Positions 1 through 10,591 are shown, counted from the first letter of the stretch. The stretch: 64,000 nt of DNA from an uncultured Spirochaetota bacterium (GCA_963845535.1 CAWJSK010000012.1:64001-128000), one strand, 5' to 3'. Notes: generated from the sequence alone by a model not told the origin. Made by a program: numbers and translations.

Positions 1-2
1 CC

Positions 3-845
3 GTGCAGAGGCTGGTGAACATCGAAGGCTACATGCCGGGGAAGCGGGTGGTGGTCCTCGGTTCCGGAGACATCGGGATGATCATGGCCCGGCGCCTTAC
101 CATCGAGGGCGCGGAAGTGGTGGGCGTATTCGAGCTTCTGCCCTTCCTGACGGGGCTGCGCAGGAACTACGTCCAGTGTCTGCTCGACTACAACATCCCC
201 CTGCATCTCAGCACGACGGTGACGAACATCTTCGGCGGCCGCCGTCTGGAAGCAGTGGAGGTCACGCGGGTGGATGAAAAACTCTCGCCCATATCGGGTA
301 CGGCGCAACGCATCGAGTGCGACACCCTCCTGCTTTCCGTGGGGCTCATCCCTGAAAACGAGCTTTCCCGAAGCGCGGGAGTGGAGTTGGACCCGAGGAC
401 TGCGGGGCCATTCGTGGACAACTTCATGGCCACGAACGTTCCGGGGATCTTCGCCGCGGGCAACGTCGTGATGATCTACGACCTCGTGGACTACGTGAGC
501 AAGGCGGGGGTCGTGGCTGGGAGCAACGCCGGGCGCTACGCGAAAACCGGCGAATGGAAGACGGGGGATTTCATCACCCTGTCTGCCGGCGAAAATGTCG
601 GCGTGCTCCAGCCGCAGAAGATGCGAATCGATGGAGAGGATCAAGAGATCCTTCTTAAGCTTCGCTCCAGCGCCCTGCTGGAGCGGCGTGTGACAGTGGA
701 GGTCCGAGACGAGAACGGTCCAGTGATCTCATTCAAGGAGAAGTACGCCAGACCGGCAGAAATGATCATTCATCCTTTGAAGCCGAAGGAAATCCAGGCA
801 ATCAAGAACGCCGCCTCGCAGCGGCTGACGGTGGTGATACAATGA
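3..845 (+). CDS. FAD/NAD(P)-dependent oxidoreductase, 5'-truncated (flavoprotein partner in three-gene G3P dehydrogenase-type clusters)
   Basis: GSGDIG dinucleotide motif, CDTLLLSVGLIPENEL, GIFAAGN; directly upstream of DUF1667 gene. Confidence 0.8.
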   Translation: MQRLVNIEGYMPGKRVVVLGSGDIGMIMARRLTIEGAEVVGVFELLPFLTGLRRNYVQCLLDYNIPLHLSTTVTNIFGGRRLEAVEVTRVDEKLSPISGTAQRIECDTLLLSVGLIPENELSRSAGVELDPRTAGPFVDNFMATNVPGIFAAGNVVMIYDLVDYVSKAGVVAGSNAGRYAKTGEWKTGDFITLSAGENVGVLQPQKMRIDGEDQEILLKLRSSALLERRVTVEVRDENGPVISFKEKYARPAEMIIHPLKPKEIQAIKNAASQRLTVVIQ

Positions 846-1249
846 GCGACAAGAAACTTGCTTTTGACAGGTATTCGCAGGCAACAAGAAGCATCATCTG
901 CCTCAGGTGCCCCATCGGGTGCGAAGTGCAGACCACGGTGGATGCCGCGAACAACGTCATCGAGGTCAAGGGGAACACCTGCAAGCTGGGCAGGGAGTAC
1001 GTGCAGACAGAGGTTGCTGACCCCCGCCGTGTCTTCTGCAGCACTGTCCGCGTCAAGGGCGGCGTAAAGCCGCTGGCCGCCGTGTGGACTCCCAAGCCCA
1101 TCCCCAAGGACATGCTCCTGGAGCTGGCGCGTGACACCCGCCTCGTGGAGGTCGCGGCCCCAGTCCATGTGGGCCAGGTGGTCATTGCCGACTGGAAGGG
1201 GTCGGGGCTCGATCTTGTTGCCAGCGACGAGGTGCAAAAGGCCTCCTGA
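842..1249 (+). CDS. DUF1667 family small CxxC protein
   Basis: ICLRCPIGC...GNTCKLG...PRR pattern; ATGA overlap with upstream gene. Confidence 0.8.
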   Translation: MSDKKLAFDRYSQATRSIICLRCPIGCEVQTTVDAANNVIEVKGNTCKLGREYVQTEVADPRRVFCSTVRVKGGVKPLAAVWTPKPIPKDMLLELARDTRLVEVAAPVHVGQVVIADWKGSGLDLVASDEVQKAS

Positions 1250-1273
1250 CCCTAGGGCGGCGTATGCGGGCCA

Positions 1274-2839
1274 CTACGACGAAACGATATACCCTCTCGC
1301 TTGCTCGGCATATGCGGATACCTGGTGCGCGCACCAGGATGAGTCCCTTCGGAGCTCCCGGGCCATGATCTGGGCGACCTTCGGGGCTGCCTCAATGCTT
1401 CTTCGTGCATCGAGGAGCAGCGTCCTGGTCCGTCGCGCAAGAAAATCCTCCACGCTGCGCGCCATTTCCTCACGAACTGCAAAGACGACCTGCGCCGCGA
1501 TCACGTCGGGCAGCTGCGGGTGGATCGGTGCGGCGAGCTCGGGGTCCTGACGCGCGAGCTCCTGGATCAACGGCGCGTCGCTTCCGTAGTACCATAGCTC
1601 TCCGAGCTCCCGGGGATTTGTGTGGTATCCGTGGACATGCGTTTCTTTCGTGACGCAGGGCCGGACAGGGAGGCCAGCCACAGCCGCGGCCCTCGTGACT
1701 GTCTTTTCAGCCATGTTCCTGTATGTGGTCCACTTCCCCCCAGCAACTGTCACGAGGCCTGATGAGGAAACGAGGATCGTCTCATCCCTACTGACGGCCG
1801 CGGTGTTCGCCGTGCTGCTCGGCGCGACCAGCGGACGGATGCCGGCATACGCGCACAAAACGTCCTTTCTTTCCGCGTCGCGCGAAAGGTAGCGCGCAAG
1901 ATTGCCGAGGATGAAATCCACTTCATCTTCCAGCGGGCGCGGTTCCAGAACGGCCTTTTCCACCTTCGTGTCCGTTGTGCCGACGATCAGCTTCTTGTGC
2001 CAGGGCACAGCGAAGAGCACGCGTCCATCGGTGGTGCGCGGGACCATCAGGGCGGCGTCTCCCGGCAGGAACGCCCGGTCCAGCACGAGATGCACGCCCT
2101 GGCTGGGGCTGATGATCCGCGCGGAGGCCGGGTCATCCATCTGAAGCACCGAGTCGCTGAACGGCCCCGTGGCATTCACCACCACCTTCGAGTGGAACTC
2201 CAGCTCTTCTCCGTTCTCTTCGTCCCGTGCCTGCACCCCGGAGATTTTCCCGCGAGTCTTGAGAAAGGCAGTCGCGCGCGTGTAGTTCAGAAGCACTCCG
2301 CCGTTGTCTGCCGCCGTGCGCGCCAGGTTGATGGCAAGCCGCGCGTCATCGAACTGCCCGTCGTAGAAGAGGATTCCGCCCCGCAGCCCTGTGGTCTCCA
2401 CGTTGGGCAGCAGGGATTGGGTTGTCCTGACGGAGAGGACGCGGGATCCGCCGAGACTGAGCCGGCCCGAAAGCATGTCGTAGAGTTTCAGGCCGATGCC
2501 GTAGTACGGCATTTCCCACCACTGATAGCGGGGCACGATGAACGCAACCCTATGGGCGAGATGGGGGGCGTTTCGCACCATGATGCCCCGTTCCCTCAAC
2601 GCCTCCCTCACCAGGGGAACGTTCCCCTGTTGGAGGTAGCGAACCCCGCCGTGCGCCATCTTCGTGCTCCGGCTGGAGGTCCCCTTTGCGAAATCATGTT
2701 GCTCCAGGAGCAGAGTCCGATACCCCCGGAGCGTTGCATCCACTGCCGTGCCCAAGCCGGATGCGCCGCCTCCGATGACGATGATGTCCCAATCGTTTGA
2801 GGAAGCTCGCGCACGGCTGATCATATCATCGCGCCGCAT
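1274..2839 (-). CDS. glpD: FAD-dependent glycerol-3-phosphate dehydrogenase
   Basis: IGGGASG, GTSSRSTKMAHGGVRYL, DGQFDDARL, GGKWTTYR; AGGAG RBS before ATG 2839. Confidence 0.92.
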   Translation of the reverse strand: MRRDDMISRARASSNDWDIIVIGGGASGLGTAVDATLRGYRTLLLEQHDFAKGTSSRSTKMAHGGVRYLQQGNVPLVREALRERGIMVRNAPHLAHRVAFIVPRYQWWEMPYYGIGLKLYDMLSGRLSLGGSRVLSVRTTQSLLPNVETTGLRGGILFYDGQFDDARLAINLARTAADNGGVLLNYTRATAFLKTRGKISGVQARDEENGEELEFHSKVVVNATGPFSDSVLQMDDPASARIISPSQGVHLVLDRAFLPGDAALMVPRTTDGRVLFAVPWHKKLIVGTTDTKVEKAVLEPRPLEDEVDFILGNLARYLSRDAERKDVLCAYAGIRPLVAPSSTANTAAVSRDETILVSSSGLVTVAGGKWTTYRNMAEKTVTRAAAVAGLPVRPCVTKETHVHGYHTNPRELGELWYYGSDAPLIQELARQDPELAAPIHPQLPDVIAAQVVFAVREEMARSVEDFLARRTRTLLLDARRSIEAAPKVAQIMARELRRDSSWCAHQVSAYAEQARGYIVSS

Positions 2840-2932
2840 ACCATACTCCTGTGGCAAATATACTGTGTTTGACGGTAGCGTTGGACTTTCTGGGTGAGGA
2901 GGTTGCAGAGAAAGGCTTCCAGCCTTTTCCCG

Positions 2933-3187
2933 CTATCTGAAAATGCGGTAGAAAAGCCTCATACCGAAAAAGATGACCCAGATGAGGCCGCCGAAGAGGA
3001 GCGCGTACAGGAGGCCGGTAATCCACCCCCTGACAGGGATGACCTGCCAAGCCGTGAGAACCGCCATGAAAATACTGACAACCGTGATAATGGCCGTCCC
3101 GGTCTGAAGGGGAATCCATCCTCGTTGGGGCGGATTGGCGGGAGCCCCAGCTTCTTTGCGCTTCCCCGTGTTCTCTGGCTTTGCCAT
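2933..3187 (-). CDS. small two-TM membrane protein, unknown function
   Basis: GGAGG RBS; basic N-terminus then two hydrophobic segments. Confidence 0.6.
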   Translation of the reverse strand: MAKPENTGKRKEAGAPANPPQRGWIPLQTGTAIITVVSIFMAVLTAWQVIPVRGWITGLLYALLFGGLIWVIFFGMRLFYRIFR

Positions 3188-3240
3188 CGAGAGCTCCTCC
3201 GCGGCGCGACGGTGCGCCCTTTCCTCACCCTCTGCCGCTA

Positions 3241-3289
3241 AAAAAAATCAAGGGAGGGCCGCCACGTAACTCCTACGGCCCTTCCCTGA
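3241..3289 (-). terminator. intrinsic terminator after glpK
   Basis: AGGGAAGGGCC...GGCCCTCCCT stem followed by a T run on the minus strand. Confidence 0.6.
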
Positions 3290-3314
3290 AATCAATTCAG
3301 AGACACAATGTCTC

Positions 3315-4808
3315 TCAGGCCTCGACCCAGTCGAAGGTCCGTGTCACGGCCTTCTTCCAGGACTTGTATTCCTTCTCTCGATGCGCAGAATCCATCTTCG
3401 GGGTCCACTCCCGATCCTTGCCCCAGTTGGCTCTGAGGTCTTCCACCTTGCTCCAGAAGCCGACTGCGAGACCAGCCGCATATGCAGCTCCCATGGCAGT
3501 CGTCTCAGCAACCGTCGGGCGGATGACAGGCACGCCGAGGATGTCCGCCTGGAACTGCATCAACAGCTCGTTGAACACCATGCCGCCGTCAACCTTGAGC
3601 GCGGTAAGGTTCACCCCGGAGTCCTTGTTCATGGCATCGAGGACCTCGCGGGTCTGGAACGCCGTGGCTTCCAGCACGGCGCGGGCGAGGTGCCCCTTGT
3701 TGATATAGCGCGTAAGACCGACGATCGCTCCGCGAGCATCGCTCTTCCAATACGGGGCGAACAGGCCGGAGAAGGCTGGGACGAAGTAGATCCCTCCGTT
3801 GTCATCCACAGTCTTGGCCAGCGCTTCGATCTCAGGCGATTTGGCGATCATGCCCAAGTTGTCGCGAAGCCACTGGACCAACGCGCCCGTGATTGCGATG
3901 GAGCCCTCGAGGCAGTACACGGCCGGTTGATCGCCGATCTTGTACCCGAGAGTGGTCAACAGACCGTTCTTTGACTGGACGGGCTTGTTCCCAGTGTTGA
4001 GCAGCATGAAGCATCCCGTTCCATAGGTGTTCTTGGCCTCGCCTGCGCTGAAGCAGGTCTGTCCAAAAAGCGCGGCTTGCTGGTCACCCAGATCCCCTGC
4101 GACGGGAATGCCAGCAAGATCTCCCGTGGCCTTTCCATACTCAGCGCTCGACGGCATGATTTTGGGCAGCATTGCCTTGGGGACGCCCATGATCTTCAGC
4201 ATGTCGTCGTCCCAGTCCAGTGTATTGAGGTTCATCAACATAGTGCGCGACGCATTGGAGACGTCAGTGACATGCGCCCCACCCTTCGGTCCGCCCGTGA
4301 GGTTCCAGATCACCCAGGTATCCATATTGCCGAAGAGCACTTCGCCCTTTTCCGCCTTTGCGCGGATGCCCGACACATTATCCAGCATCCACTTGATCTT
4401 CGGTCCGGAGAAGTACGTCGCGAGGGGAAGCCCCACCTTGGTGCGGAACCGGTCCTGTCCGCCGTTCTTTGCCAGCTCATTACAGATCGTATCTGTGCGG
4501 GTGTCCTGCCAGACGATGGCGTTGTGCACCGGTTTGCCGCTGGCCTTTTCCCACAGCAGAGTCGTCTCACGCTGGTTGGTCACGCCGACCGCAGCGATGT
4601 CCTTCACGTTGACTTTCTTCAGTACGCCTTTGATCACATCCTGCGTGCGCTGCCAGACTTCCATTGCATTGTGCTCGACCCAGCCCGGTTTGGGGTAGAT
4701 CTGCTCATGCTCTTTCTGCTCGACGGCGACCACCTTGCCGCCGTGATCGAAGACCATAAAGCGCGTGCTGGTGGTTCCCTGGTCTACCGCGGCTACGTAT
4801 TTAGCCAT
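3315..4808 (-). CDS. glpK: glycerol kinase
   Basis: [44 protein letters not shown]. Confidence 0.97.
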   Translation of the reverse strand: MAKYVAAVDQGTTSTRFMVFDHGGKVVAVEQKEHEQIYPKPGWVEHNAMEVWQRTQDVIKGVLKKVNVKDIAAVGVTNQRETTLLWEKASGKPVHNAIVWQDTRTDTICNELAKNGGQDRFRTKVGLPLATYFSGPKIKWMLDNVSGIRAKAEKGEVLFGNMDTWVIWNLTGGPKGGAHVTDVSNASRTMLMNLNTLDWDDDMLKIMGVPKAMLPKIMPSSAEYGKATGDLAGIPVAGDLGDQQAALFGQTCFSAGEAKNTYGTGCFMLLNTGNKPVQSKNGLLTTLGYKIGDQPAVYCLEGSIAITGALVQWLRDNLGMIAKSPEIEALAKTVDDNGGIYFVPAFSGLFAPYWKSDARGAIVGLTRYINKGHLARAVLEATAFQTREVLDAMNKDSGVNLTALKVDGGMVFNELLMQFQADILGVPVIRPTVAETTAMGAAYAAGLAVGFWSKVEDLRANWGKDREWTPKMDSAHREKEYKSWKKAVTRTFDWVEA

Positions 4809-4950
4809 TTCTCATATCCTCCTCCTGAAATGTCGGCAGGAGAACCGCTGGGCCCGCCTGCCAGATCATCAATAGTCTGGAACCCGCCCCTAAGAAATAG
4901 TGGGAGGCGGCGCGGCCTCCCACTCGACGCCTGCGGGGATCAGTTGTCGA

Positions 4951-5742
4951 TCAGCTTTCCTTGAACGCGGCCGATACGAACCAGTCGTAGAAAATCGGCC
5001 CCAGGATGCCGCCGATGATCACCGAAATGATTGGCGCGGCCAGCCAGTAGATTCCATCGAACAGGCCTGTGGTCCCGACCACCAGCCCGAAAAGGCGCGG
5101 CCCGAAGTCACGGGCAGGGTTGATGGCATAGCCGCTTGGCCCGCCGAGGGAGAGACCAACCGCGAGGACGGTGAAGCCAACGAGGAATGGCCCCAAGTTG
5201 TGCATGAGACCCAGATTCTTGGAGTCTCCGCTCGCAAGGATGCCCCACATAAGAACCATTGTGCCGAAAATTTCTGTGAGACACGCCGTGATCAGACTGT
5301 AATGGCCTACAGCCGTCGCACCCCCGCCTCCCCAGAATGCTTGCCCGAATACGGACCCGGGACCAGTGCACCACACGTTCGGAAGCCCTGCGGCCACGAG
5401 GCCGTCACGATAGCACAGGTAGACGGCCAAGGCGCCGAGGAACGCACCCACCACCTGAGCGATGATGTAAGGGAACACCTTCTTCCAGGGAAAGCCACGC
5501 TTCACCGCCAACCCTATGGTGACTGCCGGGTTTATATGCGCACCCGACACGCCGCCAGTCACGTAGACTGCAACGATGACCGCGAATGCCCATCCCAATG
5601 TAATGGTGTTCCAGTTGTAGGCGCCCGCCGCGAGACGAGGGGCAAGCCCAACGTTCGCGACGACGCCGTCTCCTAATAGAATCAGAATGAAGGTCCCGAA
5701 AATCTCACCAATCAGCTCTCGTCCCAAGCTCTTTTCTTTCAT
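4951..5742 (-). CDS. glpF: MIP aquaglyceroporin
   Basis: Two NPA motifs (SGAHINPAVT, AINPARD); adjacent to glpK. Confidence 0.93.
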   Translation of the reverse strand: MKEKSLGRELIGEIFGTFILILLGDGVVANVGLAPRLAAGAYNWNTITLGWAFAVIVAVYVTGGVSGAHINPAVTIGLAVKRGFPWKKVFPYIIAQVVGAFLGALAVYLCYRDGLVAAGLPNVWCTGPGSVFGQAFWGGGGATAVGHYSLITACLTEIFGTMVLMWGILASGDSKNLGLMHNLGPFLVGFTVLAVGLSLGGPSGYAINPARDFGPRLFGLVVGTTGLFDGIYWLAAPIISVIIGGILGPIFYDWFVSAAFKES

Positions 5743-5896
5743 TGCTTTCGCCTCCTTGATATTGCTTTGTTCTTGCCATTCAACGGAAACAACTTTTCCA
5801 CACTATCAAGCTATCGGGCTGAAACGCAAATCTTTCCCCATGGGATATTTGGTTAAACCCTCCTTCGTAGAGCGCCGGAGTCTAAAAATTGAACAT

Positions 5897-5947
5897 CTGT
5901 TTAAACAGTATTGCACGAATGTTAAACCAACTTATGTCGGCTGTCAA
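5897..5947 (-). promoter_or_regulatory. sigma70 promoter of glpFK with downstream palindromic operator
   Basis: TTGACA (5947-5942)-N17-TAACAT (5924-5919); perfect palindrome CTGTTTAAACAG at 5897-5908. Confidence 0.65.
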
Positions 5948-6029
5948 GTTTTTTTTTGACGACCGTTTGACGACCTTTTTTGGCGTGATGTCATGGAGCT
6001 GCCCGTTGCGATCGTGAACGCCGGATCGA

Positions 6030-6135
6030 GGTGAGCTCCAAAGCTCCCGAAGCCTTCGTGCAAGCTCTCTCCCGCTCATTCGTGGCATCACGACATCGCT
6101 AACCAATAAATCGACCGCGGCGCCGCGCCAGCTAC
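6030..6135 (-). pseudogene. response-regulator receiver domain remnant
   Basis: Isolated VDLLVSDVVMPRMSGRELARRLRE; no intact start or C-terminus. Confidence 0.55.
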
Positions 6136-6225
6136 CGTAGCCGTTGAGCCCTCGCCTCCTTTCCGCCTGACCGCCGTTCGATGCCGCAATGCCTTGCAAC
6201 CTTCGTAAGCACCATTCACCGCATC

Positions 6226-7647
6226 TCAACCGGCCAGGGCCATGAACCTCTTCAATATGGCCTGGGCAGGGTCCTGCGCCAAGTCGATGGCTTTGCAGCC
6301 CTCGGGGATGCGGACCGTGGGCCGGGGGGTGACCTTCTTGCCGGTGAACTGGGGGAGCCATCGCCTTTCGGCCTCCAGCATTTCCGAGGTCATGTCGCGG
6401 ATCTCCTTCAGGGTGCACACGGCGCTGGACAGCGGATCCATGGCGATGGCCTGCACGAGCTTCTCCGTGTCCCCTTCGATCGCCGCCTCCGCCGCAAGGA
6501 GCTGCACGTTCACGTTCGTCATGCACGCGGCTGCGCACTGGGTGGGAAGCCTCCCGACGCGCATGGGGTGCAAACCGGTGTCATCCGCGAAGGTGGGAAC
6601 CTCCACGCAACAGTCGGCGGGAAGGTTCGTGATGAAGCCGTCGTTTCGGACGTTGCCCATGAACTTGAAAGGCTTTCCGGTGGCAACAGCTTCCATGATG
6701 TAGGAGCAGTACTCCACGCTCCTGGCTTCGAGCTTCGTCGACTCGTAGTCAAGCTGGTTCTTGCCCTCGTACTTCTTCGCCACTGTTGCGCACCATGTGT
6801 AGTAAGCGCCCGTCTCCCCGCCGAAGCCCGGCTCGTCGCAGTAAAGGTCCAGGGCGGCCTGGTTCTTGCGGAACCAGGGCACGTACTCCGAGAGGTGGCC
6901 GGTCGTCTCCGTCATGAAATAGCCGAAGTGCCGGAACACTTCCCCACGCACTTTCTCGCTCTTGTAGATCTCCGGACGATCGATGGCTTCCGCCAGGCGC
7001 GGGTACAGGTCCTTCCCCTTGTGCGTCAGCGTGAGGAACCAGTCCATGTGGTTGATCCCGCCGCACGTGTACACGATCTCGTCCTTGGGAACGTTCACGA
7101 ACTGCGCGATCTGCTCGATGGTGGTCTGCACGCCGTGACACAGCCCGACAAAGGGAACGCTGCTCGCCTTGCCCAGGGCGAGGCAGTTCGCTGCCATCGG
7201 GTTGGCGTACTGCAGCATGATGGCGCCCGGCCGGGACACCTCCTCCATGTCGCGCGCGATGTCCAGCAGGACCGGGATGGAGCGCATGGCGCGAAACACG
7301 CCGCCGGGCCCCAGGGAGTCTCCGATGCACTGGTCCACCTTGTACTTCAGGGGGATGCGCCAGTCCATCTCGAAGGCTTCCACGCCGCCCACCTGGATCA
7401 TGACCACGACGAAGTCAGCTCCGCGAAGCGCTTCCCGGCGGTCCAGCGTGGCGGTGACCCTTCCCTTCACGTTGTTGTCGGCGAGCATCCGTTTGCCGAA
7501 AGCCTCCATGGCGCGCAGCTTCGGCTCCGTCCTGCTCATCAGGGCGAACTCGCTTCCCGCCAGGGCCGGGGTGGCCATGATGTCCGCCATGAGCGTCTTG
7601 CAGAACACGACGCTCCCCGCCCCGATCATTGCAATCTTCTTCCCCAT
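6226..7647 (-). CDS. GH4 NAD-dependent alpha-galactosidase/alpha-glucosidase (MelA-like)
   Basis: IGAGSVVF, QCIGDSLGPGG, NPM, GLCHGV, GINH. Confidence 0.9.
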   Translation of the reverse strand: MGKKIAMIGAGSVVFCKTLMADIMATPALAGSEFALMSRTEPKLRAMEAFGKRMLADNNVKGRVTATLDRREALRGADFVVVMIQVGGVEAFEMDWRIPLKYKVDQCIGDSLGPGGVFRAMRSIPVLLDIARDMEEVSRPGAIMLQYANPMAANCLALGKASSVPFVGLCHGVQTTIEQIAQFVNVPKDEIVYTCGGINHMDWFLTLTHKGKDLYPRLAEAIDRPEIYKSEKVRGEVFRHFGYFMTETTGHLSEYVPWFRKNQAALDLYCDEPGFGGETGAYYTWCATVAKKYEGKNQLDYESTKLEARSVEYCSYIMEAVATGKPFKFMGNVRNDGFITNLPADCCVEVPTFADDTGLHPMRVGRLPTQCAAACMTNVNVQLLAAEAAIEGDTEKLVQAIAMDPLSSAVCTLKEIRDMTSEMLEAERRWLPQFTGKKVTPRPTVRIPEGCKAIDLAQDPAQAILKRFMALAG

Positions 7648-7674
7648 CGTCTTTCCCTTCCTTCTTGTGCAGCC

Positions 7675-8526
7675 TTACGCGGCAGCATTCCAGGAGCCGC
7701 GGATCAGCCGAAGCCCCTCCGTGTAGACCACATCCGTGCTCTCGTACAGGTCCCGCCAGATCTTCGTGGCAGCGGCGAACGCGGGAATCACCCGGCCGAA
7801 AGCCTCGATGGTGAGCCAGTTGTCATAGCCCGTGGAGCGCAGGGCCTTGAATATCGCCGGCCAGTCATTGTGCCCGCGGCCAGGCACGCCCCGGTTGGTT
7901 TCCGAAATGTGCATGTGCGTGATGATGCCGCGGTGCTTGAGGATGCTCTTGACGGAATTGTCCTCTTCAATGTTCGCGTGGAACGTGTCGAACATCGCCT
8001 TGAAGTTCGGCATCCCGACCGTTTCCACGTGCTCGGCGATCCCGTCCATCGTCGTGAGCACGTACGCCTCGAACCTGTTGAGGAACTCCACGGCCAGGGT
8101 GATGCCGGCCCGGGCGGCGTACTCTGCCGACGCGCGCGCGTGCTCGGCGGCCCGGGCCTTCTCCTCCGCCGTGGGCCCCGTGCCCGTAAAGACGGCCACG
8201 GGCTGGTAGAACGGGCCGCACAGCAGCTTCGCTTCCAGGGCCTGCGTGCAGTCAATGACGCGCTTCATGAAGTCCAGCGCGTTGTCCCGCAGTTTCTTCT
8301 CCGGGCTCACGGGATTGTGGCTGGCATCCGGCATGTTCGTGACGACCGTGCAGTCAAGGCCATTGTCGCGCACCGCCTTGAGGACGCGGCGATAATGCTC
8401 CGGTGAACCCTCGAGAATGGGGATCTCCAGCCCGTCGTATCCTGCCTTTGCGAGCTTCCTGAAGAGCGGGAAGTGCTCTTCCTGCACGAACGAAGTCCAG
8501 AGAAGCAGATTGAAGCCTGTTTTCAC
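7675..8526 (-). CDS. sugar isomerase/epimerase (D-psicose/D-tagatose 3-epimerase-like TIM barrel)
   Basis: EFLNRFE, DTFHANIEE, HISETNRGVPG, IEAF; GTG start at 8526. Confidence 0.85.
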   Translation of the reverse strand: MKTGFNLLLWTSFVQEEHFPLFRKLAKAGYDGLEIPILEGSPEHYRRVLKAVRDNGLDCTVVTNMPDASHNPVSPEKKLRDNALDFMKRVIDCTQALEAKLLCGPFYQPVAVFTGTGPTAEEKARAAEHARASAEYAARAGITLAVEFLNRFEAYVLTTMDGIAEHVETVGMPNFKAMFDTFHANIEEDNSVKSILKHRGIITHMHISETNRGVPGRGHNDWPAIFKALRSTGYDNWLTIEAFGRVIPAFAAATKIWRDLYESTDVVYTEGLRLIRGSWNAAA

Positions 8527-8575
8527 GTCGTTGTCCCCCTGTGAGTTTTCATGCGGCGGGCGAAAGACGCCCGCG

Positions 8576-9550
8576 CTACCTTCTGCGCCTGTTGCTGACA
8601 TAGACAATCAAAAGAACGAACAGAACAATCCCGAATCCGAGCCACTTTCCCGCGTCGCCCCACCCCAGGGCGACAAGGAGATTTGTCAGTGTCTGGAGGA
8701 AAACGGCGCCGAGAATGACCCCGAAATAGTTACCGTTCCCCCCTGTCAAGGATACCCCGCCCACAACGGCTGCAGCGATGCTCGGCATCACGTAGTTGGA
8801 CCCCATGTCCTTGAACGCGATTCCCATGTTTCCCACAAGGAGCAGACCGACGAGGCTGGCAATCAGCCCGCTCGCGACAAAGGAAACGCAGCGCACCATC
8901 CGGACGTTCACGCCGCTCAGGTGGGCCGCGGTTTCGTTCGCCCCTGCCCCGAAAAGCATCATGCCCCACTTCGTCTTGTGCAGGATGATCATCGCGATCG
9001 GCGTTACGACAATGAGGATCAGCAGGATGTTCGGGAAGATTCCCGTCGACTTTGCGGCAAGGATCTGCAGCACCGGGGACGGGCGGCCCGTGATGTTCCT
9101 GCCGGCGGTATACACGTTGATGGCGCCTTGCAGAATATTGGACATGGCCAGGGTGACGACGAGGGGCGGCAGCTTGACATACGCCGTCAGGAGGCCGTTC
9201 AGGAGCCCCACGGCAATGCCGATCCCGACCGCCATGAGAAGGGCCATCCAGAGGTTTGCGTTCATGCCGTCCATGATGCTCGCCGTGAGCACGGCCGTGA
9301 TCGTGGCGGCATAGCCCACCGACAGGTCCAGGCCGCTGCCCCCGCCGGCAATGACGATGAGCTGGCAGAGGCCGAATAGCGCAATGAACGCGGATAGTTT
9401 CACCGTCAGGAGGACCTGGCCGAGGCTGAGAAAATTGGACACGGTGACCTGGCCAAGAACAAACAGGAAGACGATGAGCAGGAACGCAATGACAAGGGCC
9501 CTGTGCCGGTTGTACAGAAGGCCGACGGCGAAGGTGGCGCTGCGCTTCAT
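8576..9550 (-). CDS. sugar ABC permease (RbsC-like)
   Basis: GLDLSVG, SIAAAVVGGVSLTGG. Confidence 0.88.
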   Translation of the reverse strand: MKRSATFAVGLLYNRHRALVIAFLLIVFLFVLGQVTVSNFLSLGQVLLTVKLSAFIALFGLCQLIVIAGGGSGLDLSVGYAATITAVLTASIMDGMNANLWMALLMAVGIGIAVGLLNGLLTAYVKLPPLVVTLAMSNILQGAINVYTAGRNITGRPSPVLQILAAKSTGIFPNILLILIVVTPIAMIILHKTKWGMMLFGAGANETAAHLSGVNVRMVRCVSFVASGLIASLVGLLLVGNMGIAFKDMGSNYVMPSIAAAVVGGVSLTGGNGNYFGVILGAVFLQTLTNLLVALGWGDAGKWLGFGIVLFVLLIVYVSNRRRR

Positions 9551-9555
9551 CGCAA

Positions 9556-10590
9556 TCAACCCAGCCTGCCCGCCATGGTCGTCATCGCCTGCCTGTTGTA
9601 CAGCGTGTACGCCTGCGAGCTTGCGATTGCGGCGATGACGATGACCCCGCCGACAAGGGTCTGGTATGCATACGGGATGTTGGCAAAGAATATGATCTTG
9701 TTGACGAAGCTGAGGATGAGCGCGCCGGCCAGGGCAAACCAGATGCTCCCCCTCCCGCCCGTCAGGGCAATGCCTCCAACCACGGCCGCCGCGATTGCCC
9801 GCAGGGTCAGCGGATCTCCCATGCGGGCGTCCCCGGACTGGTTCTGGCCCACGAAGAAGAGGGCGGCAATGAAGATGAAGACGGAGTTGGTCATGCACGC
9901 GTACATCTGCACCCGGGCCGTGTTGATCCCGCTTTCGTAGGCGCTGTCATTGTTGCTGCCCACGGCGTAGATGTACCTGCCCACGCGCGCCCGGGCGAGG
10001 AATGCCCAGAACGCGGAGGCGAGGAGCACCAGAATGAGGGCGGGGGGAATGATGTCACCGAACGCCTTCACGGAGGCTGGAACAGCGGGAATGTCGCCCG
10101 CGTCATAGAACCACTTGAACCAGGCCACCGATTCGCCGCCCGGGGTGGGCCGCAGGAACAACGCGGCGCCCAGCCAGATGAAAGAGGTGGCAAACGTGGC
10201 AATAACGGGGGGGATGCGAAGATACCCGATTCCGACACCGTTGATCACGCCCACCGCCATGGCCACGGCGAAGGCGGCCAGCATGGCATACACGCCCGTC
10301 ACCGGGTCCGCCTTTCGCATCACGGTGGTCATGACGCAGGTGAGGAGCGAAAGGGCGGTACCGGTGGACAGGTCAATCCCGCCCGAGATGATGACCACCG
10401 CCTGTCCCATGGTCAGCAGCACCAGCGGCGTGAACGCGTTGATGTTCCTGACCACGGATTTCATCTCGAAAAAGTTCTTCTGCAGAATCGCGGTGAGCCC
10501 GACCATCGCGACCAGGATGAGGAGTATAGAAAACTCCGGCTTGGAGACGAATCTCCCTGCCGCCGTGGCGCGCATGCCGTTGCCTGTCAT
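9556..10590 (-). CDS. sugar ABC permease (RbsC-like)
   Basis: GGIDLSTG, AIAAAVVGGIALTGG. Confidence 0.88.
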   Translation of the reverse strand: MTGNGMRATAAGRFVSKPEFSILLILVAMVGLTAILQKNFFEMKSVVRNINAFTPLVLLTMGQAVVIISGGIDLSTGTALSLLTCVMTTVMRKADPVTGVYAMLAAFAVAMAVGVINGVGIGYLRIPPVIATFATSFIWLGAALFLRPTPGGESVAWFKWFYDAGDIPAVPASVKAFGDIIPPALILVLLASAFWAFLARARVGRYIYAVGSNNDSAYESGINTARVQMYACMTNSVFIFIAALFFVGQNQSGDARMGDPLTLRAIAAAVVGGIALTGGRGSIWFALAGALILSFVNKIIFFANIPYAYQTLVGGVIVIAAIASSQAYTLYNRQAMTTMAGRLG

Positions 10591-10591
10591 G

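Noticed and set aside
5955..5976. TTTGACGACC direct repeat
   Set aside because: Only two short copies; no function can be supported.
6181..8406. 741-aa + strand ORF, and similar long ORFs at 21768-23489, 30510-32381, 48648-50222 and 55574-58003
   Set aside because: Antisense shadows of well-supported genes in GC-rich DNA; no motifs.
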